From positions 1,686 through 65,685 of IMG/VR virus record IMGVR_UViG_3300005077_000018: DNA of 64,000 bases; one strand, written 5' to 3'. Under the pieces are notes generated by a model, which did not search any database, was not told the DNA's origin, and worked only from the letters and a program-made list of their open reading frames with translations. Below, in pieces: positions 54,843 through 63,955 of the stretch; the first letter of the stretch is position 1, and the number at the start of each line of letters is the position of its first letter. This DNA comes from a virus. A program made the translations under genes and the position numbers.

Positions 54843-55666
54843 GCGAATTTTCTGCTCTCGTCGATGTTTGCAAAAGAAAGCTTCAGGATGTTGAAGAAGG
54901 TCATCTTCCTAAATTTTCCCTGGTTCAACCGAAATATGACGGATGGTGGACACTTCTCAGAATTCGTCACGAGATGATGCAATTCATAACATCCGGGGGA
55001 GAGGTGAGAAGCGAAATTCGCATTCCTGGATGCGAGGATGGATTGATCATAGCGGAGTGGATTATAGGAACCAACTGGAGCCTGCTTCAGAAGCAGACGG
55101 ATATAGCTGGAAAGGCTATTCTCCATACCGTTATTTCCATCGGTGGAGATGAAGTTTCTCTTCCTCTCGATAAGAACGCTGAAGTTCTTTCAGATTTCTG
55201 TCGTCGCAATCTTCCCGAGAATAAATTCAGAATGGTGGAGTCTTATCCAATCAGTCAGTGGAGAAACGTCTGGGAAGAATTCGTCGACTCTAAAGGATTC
55301 GAGGGATTGGTATTCAAGCAGGGATCTCTTCCCTACCATTCTTCAGCCCTCGGAAGGATGAAAAAGAAGATAACAATAGACTATGTTGTAATGGGTTTCA
55401 CTGAGGGCAAGAATAGACTTGAGGGAACTCTTGGAGCTATCGAGGGAGGTCTATTCGTTGACGGTAAACTGAAAAAGGTTTGCACGGTAGGAGGAGGATT
55501 TTCAGACTTCGATCGTCATTCAATTTGGAAGAATAGAGCAAATCTTATCGGAAAGGTCTTCGAGGCTACCGGAAAAGTTCTATTCGATTCGGGAGCTTTG
55601 AGACATCCAACCTTTATCCGATTTAGAGACGATAAGAAATCGGGAGAATGCATTTGGCTTGGATAG
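54839..55666 (+). CDS. Minimal ATP-dependent DNA ligase
   Basis: QPKYDG, EGLVFK, KMKK-like RMKK, OB fold LRHPTFIRFRDDK. Confidence 0.92.
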   Translation: MSEFSALVDVCKRKLQDVEEGHLPKFSLVQPKYDGWWTLLRIRHEMMQFITSGGEVRSEIRIPGCEDGLIIAEWIIGTNWSLLQKQTDIAGKAILHTVISIGGDEVSLPLDKNAEVLSDFCRRNLPENKFRMVESYPISQWRNVWEEFVDSKGFEGLVFKQGSLPYHSSALGRMKKKITIDYVVMGFTEGKNRLEGTLGAIEGGLFVDGKLKKVCTVGGGFSDFDRHSIWKNRANLIGKVFEATGKVLFDSGALRHPTFIRFRDDKKSGECIWLG

Positions 55667-56478
55667 GGTCAGGTAAAAGCAAGAGAGTAATTAGAATGGA
55701 CACAGGGGAGGTATTCTCCTGTGTCTATTCGATCGCCTATGTACTAAGAGTAGAAAGTAAAGCCATATTTCTATGTTGCGAAAAATACATTCCAACGGTA
55801 AAGGGAATTCGTCTGGAATGGCTTGAGCAATTTCTTCATGACCATCCTGAAAAAGCTGATTTTCCCAAATATCGTGTTCCGAAGCCGATTAGAATCAAGA
55901 AACCCAAGGAAATAGAAATTCCCAAGGGATACAATAGTCAGGGCAATCTTCGAAAATACAATCTGGGATTTCTGAAGCTCATGACCGAATTCCTGGATCA
56001 TGTGCTAAAAGATCAGGAAACAATTTCTCTGTCCTGCTATGAACTTGAGGTGGGATTTGTCGAGTTCGTGCGTCAAAAAAGACCTCTATTCAAGACTTCA
56101 GCCTCCGGAATATCGAGACATCTTCTCAATAAAAAAGACATATATGAGAAGACCTATGGAATGGAAGTTTCCGAAGGATACTCCGTAGAGTCCAGAAAAA
56201 ACGTTAATCTTTACAAATTTCACAGAGCGGAAAACGGTAGCAATCTTGTGGAAACAAGAGCCTACAATTTCAGATTCCATAAGACTGGAACTTTCCACTC
56301 AAGAAACGGTAAGCCAGTAATTAGAATGAGGGATAAGATGATATTTTCATCCATAAGAATGGCCTCAAAACTCACGTCGATATCTGCTAACAAGATAAGA
56401 TGGTGTTGTGAGGGAGACATCCCCGCTGTAAAACTTTTCGCTGGAGAAGAGGTTTTCAGATATGTCGAATTCCGCTAA
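55648..56478 (+). CDS. Protein with two NUMOD1-like DNA-binding repeats
   Basis: KRVIRMDTGEVFSC and KPVIRMRDKMIFSSIRMAS...IRWCC. Confidence 0.6.
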   Translation: MHLAWIGSGKSKRVIRMDTGEVFSCVYSIAYVLRVESKAIFLCCEKYIPTVKGIRLEWLEQFLHDHPEKADFPKYRVPKPIRIKKPKEIEIPKGYNSQGNLRKYNLGFLKLMTEFLDHVLKDQETISLSCYELEVGFVEFVRQKRPLFKTSASGISRHLLNKKDIYEKTYGMEVSEGYSVESRKNVNLYKFHRAENGSNLVETRAYNFRFHKTGTFHSRNGKPVIRMRDKMIFSSIRMASKLTSISANKIRWCCEGDIPAVKLFAGEEVFRYVEFR

Positions 56479-56520
56479 AGAGAGAAATTCATGTATTTAT
56501 TGGCGGTTGTACTGGTATAC

Positions 56521-56565
56521 TTTTATATGGCTTGTGCACTTTGTGCATAAAATCGAACGTTGTAG
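56521..56565. repeat. 45-nt dispersed element, copy B
   Basis: 40/45 identical to 51408-51452. Confidence 0.9.
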
Positions 56566-56632
56566 CGCCCCCAAAATATTCATTTAGGGGGCATGTAGCG
56601 CCCAAAAACTTTGTAGGAAAGGAAATCTGCGC

Positions 56633-56821
56633 ATGAACGAAAGAAACGAGCTGATAAGTCACATCAACGAAGTTGAGAGAAAACTCTTTAACACGAGTCG
56701 TGACGCGGAAGTTTTGATTGAGTCCATCCTTGTGTTGGCTAAGTCAGTCCTTCTTCTGGAAAATACCATAAGAAGGCCCGTATCAGAATATGACGAAAGT
56801 ATCAAGGTAAAAATCATATGA
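56633..56821 (+). CDS. Hypothetical protein
   Basis: AAAGGA RBS. Confidence 0.6.
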   Translation: MNERNELISHINEVERKLFNTSRDAEVLIESILVLAKSVLLLENTIRRPVSEYDESIKVKII

Positions 56822-57003
56822 GATGCTCAAGATGTGGAGGAAGAGGAAAGATCGTTACAGAACACTCGGTGTATGATCCATACGAGCGAAGAAATGTCGT
56901 CGTAAAACACGAAGTGAGTTGCTCAGCGTGTGGTGGTAGAGGAGAAATTCCCGATCCCAGAACATCTGAGGAAGACAGGTCCAAGAGAAAACTTGAGGAC
57001 TAG
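56818..57003 (+). CDS. DnaJ-type Zn-finger mini protein
   Basis: CSRCGGRG and CSACGGRG. Confidence 0.75.
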   Translation: MRCSRCGGRGKIVTEHSVYDPYERRNVVVKHEVSCSACGGRGEIPDPRTSEEDRSKRKLED

Positions 57004-57192
57004 ATGATTGCCGTAGGAGCTATCCTGGTAATTTTCGGATTGACTGATCTTCTGGTTCTTGCCTTTGAAGAATACTTCGACAAGACCACCAGAAATTTGA
57101 TCGTGGTAACTGACACCAAGAGATGCTCCTACTGCGATTCACCAATCCTCACTAAATCTTCCAAATGCAAGTTTTGTGGAGCAAACCTATGA
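57004..57192 (+). CDS. TM + Zn-ribbon protein
   Basis: N-terminal hydrophobic helix; CSYC...CKFC. Confidence 0.7.
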   Translation: MIAVGAILVIFGLTDLLVLAFEEYFDKTTRNLIVVTDTKRCSYCDSPILTKSSKCKFCGANL

Positions 57193-57437
57193 TCAAGTCG
57201 AAATCAGGAATCAGAAGAATCGCGGATACTCTTCTGAAAATCTTTAGCGGAGAATCATTCATAGTCGATCCTGCTCAATCCAGCAGAGAATCCTACGGAT
57301 CTCCCTCTAGTATACGGGGAAAACTCATCAGTGATCTCTATACAGAGGATGCATCTTTATCTGTGTCACTATCTGTATCTCCATCTGAAGAGGAATTTGA
57401 ATCTCCATCGGAAGAGCCGGGAGAGTACTTAGAGTAG
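57189..57437 (+). CDS. Hypothetical protein
   Basis: ATGA-coupled start within track ORF 57165. Confidence 0.5.
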   Translation: MIKSKSGIRRIADTLLKIFSGESFIVDPAQSSRESYGSPSSIRGKLISDLYTEDASLSVSLSVSPSEEEFESPSEEPGEYLE

Positions 57438-57451
57438 ACTGGACGATTCTT

Positions 57452-57658
57452 TTGAAACTGTCATTTGAAAGGTTAGTCGAATGGACTCTTTCTACCGTTC
57501 TTCAATCAAGACTATTTTCGCACTTTCGGCAGTATTGGGAATTCTGGTACTTTGTCTACTTCTTGTCGGAAGACTTTGCCTGGATGGACTATGCTAGAAT
57601 TCTCTTTCTTCTCGGAAGCATATCGTTTGGAATTTACGTTTTAGAAGCTATTTTATGA
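57452..57658 (+). CDS. Small membrane protein
   Basis: Aromatic/hydrophobic ORF. Confidence 0.4.
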   Translation: MKLSFERLVEWTLSTVLQSRLFSHFRQYWEFWYFVYFLSEDFAWMDYARILFLLGSISFGIYVLEAIL

Positions 57659-57683
57659 AGACGATAACTCACGATTTTAATCG

Positions 57684-58238
57684 ATGAAGACCTCTATTCT
57701 TAGAGCCAGAAGAAAAGATAGATTGGAAGTTCTTGAGGAATGGTTGAACTCAGGAACTCTTGTATATTGGAGAAGAGCTCCAGAAGTTCTCCACGAGTCG
57801 GGACTGGTGTCCGTAAATTACGGAATGAGTAACTTATACATGGATATATGGTATCTAAGAAGACCCTATCTTTCTCCGGATGTAAAATCTATGGAGGAAG
57901 CAGAGTGCGACTCGGGTAAAATATTGTTCCATGTAATCATGAGAAGTCTTCTAGATTTCAGATCCGGTAGGCCATGCGATTCCGGAATATGGAACGACGA
58001 CATGTCATCTGACTTCTCTTCTTGCACATCTGATCATCATCTCTGCTCAGGAGATGCCGAGAGGTTTCTGAAAACCTTAGATCCTGAGGTTGAGGAATTT
58101 TGCAATTTGTCCAGGGGGAAGATACGAGATCTGCTGAAATCTATAAAAAAAGACCCAATCTTTCAAATTGGGTCTATTCTTGACTCTGAGGAACCTACTT
58201 CATTTGTTGCTCTAAGAATCTCCAGTCTCCAACTCTAA
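57684..58238 (+). CDS. Hypothetical protein
   Basis: 184-aa ORF. Confidence 0.6.
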   Translation: MKTSILRARRKDRLEVLEEWLNSGTLVYWRRAPEVLHESGLVSVNYGMSNLYMDIWYLRRPYLSPDVKSMEEAECDSGKILFHVIMRSLLDFRSGRPCDSGIWNDDMSSDFSSCTSDHHLCSGDAERFLKTLDPEVEEFCNLSRGKIRDLLKSIKKDPIFQIGSILDSEEPTSFVALRISSLQL

Positions 58239-58518
58239 GCGCAAATTGAATTTGACTGTAGACTGAGGGACCGCAATGAGACGCTTCTTCTAGGAGCGTC
58301 TCTTTTTGTTCGTTTGTTGGATTTCTTCCCAAATTTTCTATCAACGGACTCATCTTTTCATAGCAGGTAAGCTGTCCTACCGAACCTCTTGCAAATCCCG
58401 ACAATTCCGAATAGGTAGGAATAATTTCATTCTTGGCAGATACCCCTATGATTATCATCGACATTCCCACAATTACCGCCGAAGAACTGAGGAAAGCTCT
58501 TAGAATTCTTGATCTCAT
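58195..58518 (-). CDS. Secreted or membrane-anchored protein
   Basis: N-terminal signal-like helix, two Cys. Confidence 0.5.
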   Translation of the reverse strand: MRSRILRAFLSSSAVIVGMSMIIIGVSAKNEIIPTYSELSGFARGSVGQLTCYEKMSPLIENLGRNPTNEQKETLLEEASHCGPSVYSQIQFALRVGDWRFLEQQMK

Positions 58519-58620
58519 AGTAGATTACTGGCGCTTTTTAGCATGGCAAACCACCTTTCACATGCCCCTGTAGGGCAAAAAACATGCCCAAATTTGCTCA
58601 TTTTTAGGGCGCAAGTACAT

Positions 58621-58959
58621 TTACCCTACCCCAAAATTTTCCGCTTTTAGGTCGTTCAATTTGATTCCCGACCAGATAGCCAGGAATAACTGAGCTCTGT
58701 TACGAAGCATAAGAGCGAGGCGATGTTTGCAGATGAATCTCATACGATAGCCCTGATCAGGACACTCGCAGATCTCGACGGTCGTCTTGTATTTCGTGAG
58801 GGGATCGGAGGATAGAGCCAACGCGAATGCTTTATTCAGACGACCAATCTCAACACCTTCTAGAGCTGGATCGTCTATACTATTCAGCATGAGCTTATAC
58901 GCTTCTCGTATATCTCTTTGTCTTTTTTCAGTCGCTCTTGCCGTCATGTTCTCTCCCAT
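58621..58959 (-). CDS. SWIM zinc-finger protein
   Basis: CECPD...CKHRLA. Confidence 0.8.
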   Translation of the reverse strand: MGENMTARATEKRQRDIREAYKLMLNSIDDPALEGVEIGRLNKAFALALSSDPLTKYKTTVEICECPDQGYRMRFICKHRLALMLRNRAQLFLAIWSGIKLNDLKAENFGVG

Positions 58960-58966
58960 CTAGTAG

Positions 58967-58998
58967 AATAGGGCTGGGACCGAAGTCCCAACCCTATT
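58967..58998 (-). terminator. Hairpin with C(UUCG)G tetraloop on the - strand
   Basis: Reverse complement AATAGGGTTGGGAC TTCG GTCCCAGCCCTATT. Confidence 0.7.
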
Positions 58999-59020
58999 TC
59001 TCCAGGAACTTTCCTGAATC

Positions 59021-59536
59021 TTACTTTTTCTCCGTCCAGACCTGTGCTGAGGCCTCGGTAGGAGCGCTCACCTTGAGCTTCTTGGGAGCCGCCGGAGTAG
59101 CCGGAGCAGTTGCCGAGCCATCTCCCTCGGATTTTTCTTTCTTCGTGCGACCACGCCGAGCCGGTTTGTGATATTCCGGGTCCTTGAGCAGTTCGAAACC
59201 GCGGGTCAAAATCTCCGGGGAACCGTACTTGCGACCGCCCACGTAAACAACCTTGAAAACTTCGTCCCAAGGCTCCGAGGCGCACCGGTCTCCACCCATG
59301 GCCGCGCAAATCCGGGAACGACCGATGTCATTTTCGACAGCCTTCTTGACGATCTGCGCCATGTTAAGCCATCCAACCGGAACCTGCTGAACGGTCATTT
59401 CGGCGATTTTCGCGGTCCAGGCCTCTGCGGTCCATTTCTTGCCCAAGCGGGGTTCTGCCGGAGGTTTGGGTTCCTTGACCTGTTTGACCTTCTTGGTCTT
59501 CTCTACTGGTTCGACTGAAACGGTCTGTTCTGACAT
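59021..59536 (-). CDS. Lys/Pro-tailed protein, paralog of 1142..1576
   Basis: AAGGAG RBS, own promoter, shared core motif. Confidence 0.85.
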   Translation of the reverse strand: MSEQTVSVEPVEKTKKVKQVKEPKPPAEPRLGKKWTAEAWTAKIAEMTVQQVPVGWLNMAQIVKKAVENDIGRSRICAAMGGDRCASEPWDEVFKVVYVGGRKYGSPEILTRGFELLKDPEYHKPARRGRTKKEKSEGDGSATAPATPAAPKKLKVSAPTEASAQVWTEKK

Positions 59537-59593
59537 TTGAAACTCCTTTACATGAAAACCGACTGGATTTTAGGGGTTCTTGCCCACAACCTT

Positions 59594-59622
59594 ATTATAC
59601 CTCGACTGACGCTATATTGCAA
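59594..59622 (-). promoter_or_regulatory. Sigma70-type promoter
   Basis: Reverse complement TTGCAA-17-TATAAT. Confidence 0.8.
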
Positions 59623-59660
59623 GTACCAATTTAGACGTGAATGCCTAAATGATACTGCCG

Positions 59661-59897
59661 TCATTTCCTATTTGCCCTCTCTTTCTCCGCTCTAATCGCG
59701 AGATTTCTGAACAGGGCCTTCCTAAAAATGCTTACTCCATAAGAATATCCTAAATCCGACAAAACACTCTCCATGATATTCCTAGCAAGAATTTCCATCA
59801 GATCGGGATCTTTCTCATAGAGCTTTTTGATCTCAGGATCCTTGGGATCCACTATACCTAGCATGACATCGGCAAATTCAGCCGGAGTTTGAGTCAT
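59661..59897 (-). CDS. Hypothetical protein
   Basis: GAGGAGG RBS. Confidence 0.65.
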   Translation of the reverse strand: MTQTPAEFADVMLGIVDPKDPEIKKLYEKDPDLMEILARNIMESVLSDLGYSYGVSIFRKALFRNLAIRAEKERANRK

Positions 59898-60427
59898 AGT
59901 AATTTCTTCCTCCTCAACTCCTTGATCTCTTCCTTTTCATGATTGGTCAAGAGCTCTTCTGTGTTGAAAGTCTTGACCGTTGAAACCAAATCCTGAGCGG
60001 TCATGTTGAAACGGTAGGAAGATCCACAAATGAAACAAGAAGGATTATTGCGGGTTCTGTAAACTACGAGACATTCCTCGCATTTCCAGAAATTCATGGC
60101 TATAAGAACTCCGTCCTCCGCTAGATCCTGGAATGACGTCAAGTATTCTCCCGTGAAAAGATTCTTCCGCTTCATCTCTTCTAAATCTATCCAGATCATG
60201 TGACGAAGATCGTCTTCAGTGTAGTGTTTAGAGCGAAGAAAGACAACAGCCGCGTCTCTTGAGCCAAAGAATTTTTCTTTATTGAAAGAATCCTTCCTTG
60301 AATTTTCCATGAGAAATTCTATCGGTTCTTCCTCCGAATCTGAAAGAAGAGAGCCTGACAACCTAGCTACGAATCCACCTTCCATTATTTCCTCCATATT
60401 ATGGATACGCAATAGATCGGATTCCAC
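59894..60427 (-). CDS. Hypothetical protein with Zn ribbon
   Basis: CEEC...CFIC; start may be about 14 codons downstream. Confidence 0.6.
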   Translation of the reverse strand: MESDLLRIHNMEEIMEGGFVARLSGSLLSDSEEEPIEFLMENSRKDSFNKEKFFGSRDAAVVFLRSKHYTEDDLRHMIWIDLEEMKRKNLFTGEYLTSFQDLAEDGVLIAMNFWKCEECLVVYRTRNNPSCFICGSSYRFNMTAQDLVSTVKTFNTEELLTNHEKEEIKELRRKKLL

Positions 60428-60520
60428 CAGACTATGTATCGGTTACTGACGAAAAAGATAATTCCGACGATTGAGCCGTTTGTGACAGCCCAATCGACGG
60501 AAATCTTGAATCCGGGGATT

Positions 60521-60625
60521 CTAGTCCAGAATGAAAGCATAGAGCGGTAGACATCCGAACAGAAATGCGATCGCAAGAGCAACTCCGATTATGACCGTTA
60601 GAGGATCAATCTTCTTGTGAGCCAT
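60521..60625 (-). CDS. 34-aa membrane peptide
   Basis: AAAGGA RBS; MAHKKIDPLTVIIGVALAIAFLFGCLPLYAFILD. Confidence 0.55.
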   Translation of the reverse strand: MAHKKIDPLTVIIGVALAIAFLFGCLPLYAFILD

Positions 60626-60626
60626 A

Positions 60627-62144
60627 CTATCCTTTCCTCAGAATTGAAACCAAGAATTTCATTCGGTCCAGCAACGATTGAGCAGTCAAACGAGCCAGAA
60701 AACTCATGAAGGTGGTCAAGACTTCGTTGTGACCTGTTTCCTTTAGATGAGCCACTTCCTCGCAAGCTGTCTGCCATAGAGACATAATCTGAGCTTCCGG
60801 AGAAGGCTGAACTGGAATGCTCTTGGTAGACAGGCAGAAGAATGTAACGTTTTCAACCGTGGTTATCTCGCTGATTACGTTATCCTCCCCGATTAATCCT
60901 ACTCCGAACTGGAATCCGTCAGGAAGAACTAGCTCCAGAATGTGCGCCCAGGTAACAATCATTCTAGAATCCCGATCCAAATCATCCGGACTAGGCTCGT
61001 AATTGAAGAGTCTAAGAAGCGGCATTGTGGAATTCGGATCGTAGAATTCAGACAGTCCGTCTTTTTCTTCTAGATTCGATCCCGCATTTCCTCCGTAGAA
61101 AGCTGTAGCCATCCACGATCTAACATCTTCGACCATTTTTGACGGATTTTCAATTTCCCGTAGCCTGTCTTCGACGAAGCCACCGCTCCTTTTACCGACA
61201 TACAATCTTCCGCGAGTGAACTTCAATTCGTTGGAGGTTATCTTCCTGCGAACCAGTTGGGAAGTAGTAATCCCGTTTTGAGTGTTGAACGAGTGCCATT
61301 CTGCAACCTCTGTCTCCACATTCCCAATCAATTTTTCTCGACTCATAACCATTGGGAATTTTGGATCGTCAGGACTCATTGAAGCATCAAGATCTATAAG
61401 CAGATTATTCCTCATGCTCTCGTTGTAGGGACGATAGCGGTCATGCTGAACCAGACCGTTTAGACGAACCATAGCGTATCCTTCGAAGGATTCACCGAAG
61501 AGTTCGAACTGCGAGCCGTACATCGTACCGTATCCAGTCCACCCAGAGCCTGTCATCATCTCCGTCTTCTCAAACTTTCCGCCAAGTATCTCTGATCGAT
61601 GGATCTCGCCATCTCGGAGATAGCTCAATTTGACCGGATATTCTGAAAATGCCAGCATCATAATCATGCGGCGATACCACTCATACGAAGAGCGGATGTC
61701 GTCATAGACTATTTCTATTCTGGTTCCCTCGCGGTAGGCAGCCTCCTGGATATCCAACTCCTGCGCTACAATTTCATTGCTTACGAAATTGTCCCGTGTG
61801 TGAACTTTCCAAGAAACTCCGCACATAAGAGCAACTTTCGCAACTCCGAAACGACCCGTAGCTTCCGTCCCAGCTTTGCTGGAACCTCCTAGACAAAGAA
61901 ATTTGGAGACGATCGTTTCCTCGTCCATTCCTATTCCGTTGTCTTCGCAGATTACCGTTACCTGGGATTTGGAAGAATCGTAATCCACGCTGATGCTTAT
62001 TTCGGCCAGTCTATCGCAAACCTTGCAAGCATCAACTGAATTCTGATAGAGCTCCCGTACCGCGATTACAATCGGATGGGAAGTATATAATTTTCTTCCC
62101 AACAGACTGAACAATCGCTGATCGACACTGTATTTAGCCTTCAT
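60627..62144 (-). CDS. GHKL (HSP90/MORC-like) ATPase domain protein
   Basis: RELYQNSVDA, EDNGIGMD, GRFGVA. Confidence 0.85.
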   Translation of the reverse strand: MKAKYSVDQRLFSLLGRKLYTSHPIVIAVRELYQNSVDACKVCDRLAEISISVDYDSSKSQVTVICEDNGIGMDEETIVSKFLCLGGSSKAGTEATGRFGVAKVALMCGVSWKVHTRDNFVSNEIVAQELDIQEAAYREGTRIEIVYDDIRSSYEWYRRMIMMLAFSEYPVKLSYLRDGEIHRSEILGGKFEKTEMMTGSGWTGYGTMYGSQFELFGESFEGYAMVRLNGLVQHDRYRPYNESMRNNLLIDLDASMSPDDPKFPMVMSREKLIGNVETEVAEWHSFNTQNGITTSQLVRRKITSNELKFTRGRLYVGKRSGGFVEDRLREIENPSKMVEDVRSWMATAFYGGNAGSNLEEKDGLSEFYDPNSTMPLLRLFNYEPSPDDLDRDSRMIVTWAHILELVLPDGFQFGVGLIGEDNVISEITTVENVTFFCLSTKSIPVQPSPEAQIMSLWQTACEEVAHLKETGHNEVLTTFMSFLARLTAQSLLDRMKFLVSILRKG

Positions 62145-62265
62145 TTTTTTGAGACCTCCTATAGGTGATTTTTGGCGCTATGCGCCTAAAAATAGTGTAG
62201 CATGTATGAAGCTAAAGAGCAACAACCAATTTTGAATTGATTGCTGCTCTTCACCGTCATACAGA

Positions 62266-62403
62266 CTAGACGGGGCTGAGAATTGAAAGAAGAATGAAAA
62301 CTCCTATTCCCCCGAATAGGAAAATCAAACCCGTACAGATCAAAAAGATCGCCACAGGACCCAAGCATCCTGAAGCATCTCCGTCCTGAAGTGCAAAATT
62401 CAT
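62266..62403 (-). CDS. 45-aa membrane peptide
   Basis: ATGA-coupled; MNFALQDGDASGCLGPVAIFLICTGLIFLFGGIGVFILLSILSPV. Confidence 0.55.
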   Translation of the reverse strand: MNFALQDGDASGCLGPVAIFLICTGLIFLFGGIGVFILLSILSPV

Positions 62404-62570
62404 TTAAAGCTCCTTGTTCCAATGAACATTAGAAGAATGAGGATAAGACAGATGGTGAAAGACCAAGAAAAAACAAGTCCTGTTATGATGGAGATAGCAA
62501 GAGCAATAATACCCGCTCCTATAATTCCACCCAAGACTGCTCCGACTATTTCAGGGATAGCCGATTCCAT
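62400..62570 (-). CDS. 56-aa two-helix membrane peptide
   Basis: AGGAGGA RBS; MESAIPEIVGAVLGGIIGAGIIALAISIITGLVFSWSFTICLILILLMFIGTRSFK. Confidence 0.65.
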   Translation of the reverse strand: MESAIPEIVGAVLGGIIGAGIIALAISIITGLVFSWSFTICLILILLMFIGTRSFK

Positions 62571-62598
62571 AAGTCCTCCTAATAGTTTGACCTCTAGA

Positions 62599-62880
62599 TC
62601 ATTTTCTTTCCTGTATGATCGTTCGTACAGTGGAAGTTTCTATGACACTTGCCGAAAGGCATAAAATAATCGCCGAATTCATCTGAAACATTGTCTCTAA
62701 TTTGAATAGTAAAGACTGAATTTCCTCCTCTGGAATATCCAGAACTTCGGCCTCTTCTGAGCTGTCGACGAATTTGAGCGGATCCAAAGCCGCAACAAAT
62801 ATTGAGAAGTACGAGTCGTCTCCCTCAAAACGAATCTGCACGACTACTCCACTGAACAGTATCTTTTCCTCAACTTTCAT
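62599..62880 (-). CDS. Hypothetical protein
   Basis: AAGGAG RBS. Confidence 0.6.
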   Translation of the reverse strand: MKVEEKILFSGVVVQIRFEGDDSYFSIFVAALDPLKFVDSSEEAEVLDIPEEEIQSLLFKLETMFQMNSAIILCLSASVIETSTVRTIIQERK

Positions 62881-62881
62881 T

Positions 62882-63310
62882 TTACTCTCCTTGTTTAGAT
62901 TTCCAACGCTTTACGACTGCTCTTTGCATTCCTTCAAAATACCCATACAGAGTTGTTACCGTTCCGTATTTGAAGAGATCATACTTCTGGTATATCTCCT
63001 TAACCTTTTCCTCTACGGCTAATCTGGTTCCCAGAATGCTGTAAATGACTTGACCCGAGTCCTCTGACTCAAGCACATCTACTTGGGACTGATCAGAATC
63101 TACAAAATCAATCTTGCCGTCCGATTCATGAGTAGCGATGTAGAAGTCGTTATGAATAGATCCCAGAGCAACCGACAGAATACGAATGTCCTCCAAGCTA
63201 GGTCGTCTGTTACTGCGACGAAGAGCCTCAACCTCCAGAATTACCTGCTGAAGCCTTTCTTGAATTGCCTCTATTCTTTCTCTGTCTGCATGTTTGAAAA
63301 TTATTGCCAT
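62882..63310 (-). CDS. Hypothetical protein, tandem paralog A
   Basis: FKHAD...LGSIHNDFYIATHE. Confidence 0.75.
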   Translation of the reverse strand: MAIIFKHADRERIEAIQERLQQVILEVEALRRSNRRPSLEDIRILSVALGSIHNDFYIATHESDGKIDFVDSDQSQVDVLESEDSGQVIYSILGTRLAVEEKVKEIYQKYDLFKYGTVTTLYGYFEGMQRAVVKRWKSKQGE

Positions 63311-63337
63311 ATTTCCCTCGCTATGTAGTCAACTCCT

Positions 63338-63733
63338 TTAGTCTGAACGAATTTTCCTAGACATTCGCGCGCTTCGTACTCCGAGCTCATTGGTCTCGTC
63401 GTATGTTATCTTGACATCGTACTCTTCTTTGGGGTATGCTCCGAGAACATTCTGAATTTCACATTCCACGCTCACCGGATCTCCGGAGAATGCGTAGACT
63501 ACTCTCGTTCCGTTGGCTACTCTTTTCACTCTGGCCGGAGCATGTCCCTCATGAGTAGCTATGTAGAGATCGTTGTGAATGGATCCAAGAACGATGGATA
63601 AGAGGTAAATCTCATCCCGTCTCGGCTGTCTGTCTCTGTAGTAGATACTTTCTACGCCAGTGACAACCTCGGAAAGACGAGCAAGAATTTCTTCCATCTT
63701 CTTCTCGTCAGCATGCTTGAAAGTTACTGACAT
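63338..63733 (-). CDS. Hypothetical protein, tandem paralog B
   Basis: AAGGAGG RBS; FKHAD...LGSIHNDLYIATHE. Confidence 0.75.
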   Translation of the reverse strand: MSVTFKHADEKKMEEILARLSEVVTGVESIYYRDRQPRRDEIYLLSIVLGSIHNDLYIATHEGHAPARVKRVANGTRVVYAFSGDPVSVECEIQNVLGAYPKEEYDVKITYDETNELGVRSARMSRKIRSD

Positions 63734-63763
63734 AATTCCTCCTTTAGGATTCCGGAACATTGA

Positions 63764-63955
63764 TTACACATCTGAGTTCTCTTTCTGCAACCTGTCAATT
63801 GTGATGCGCGTAGAGATCGTCCTCGTAACTGTTACCGGAACTATGATCACGACTGCAAACGGGAACCTGTTGGAAATCGAAATCCGGATGAATTCCAGAT
63901 TGACTTCTCCGGGATCGAAGATCTTTATCTCTTTGAGATCCTGAGTAAAAATCAT
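63764..63955 (-). CDS. Hypothetical protein
   Basis: GGAAGGGG upstream; beta-rich 63-aa ORF. Confidence 0.45.
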   Translation of the reverse strand: MIFTQDLKEIKIFDPGEVNLEFIRISISNRFPFAVVIIVPVTVTRTISTRITIDRLQKENSDV

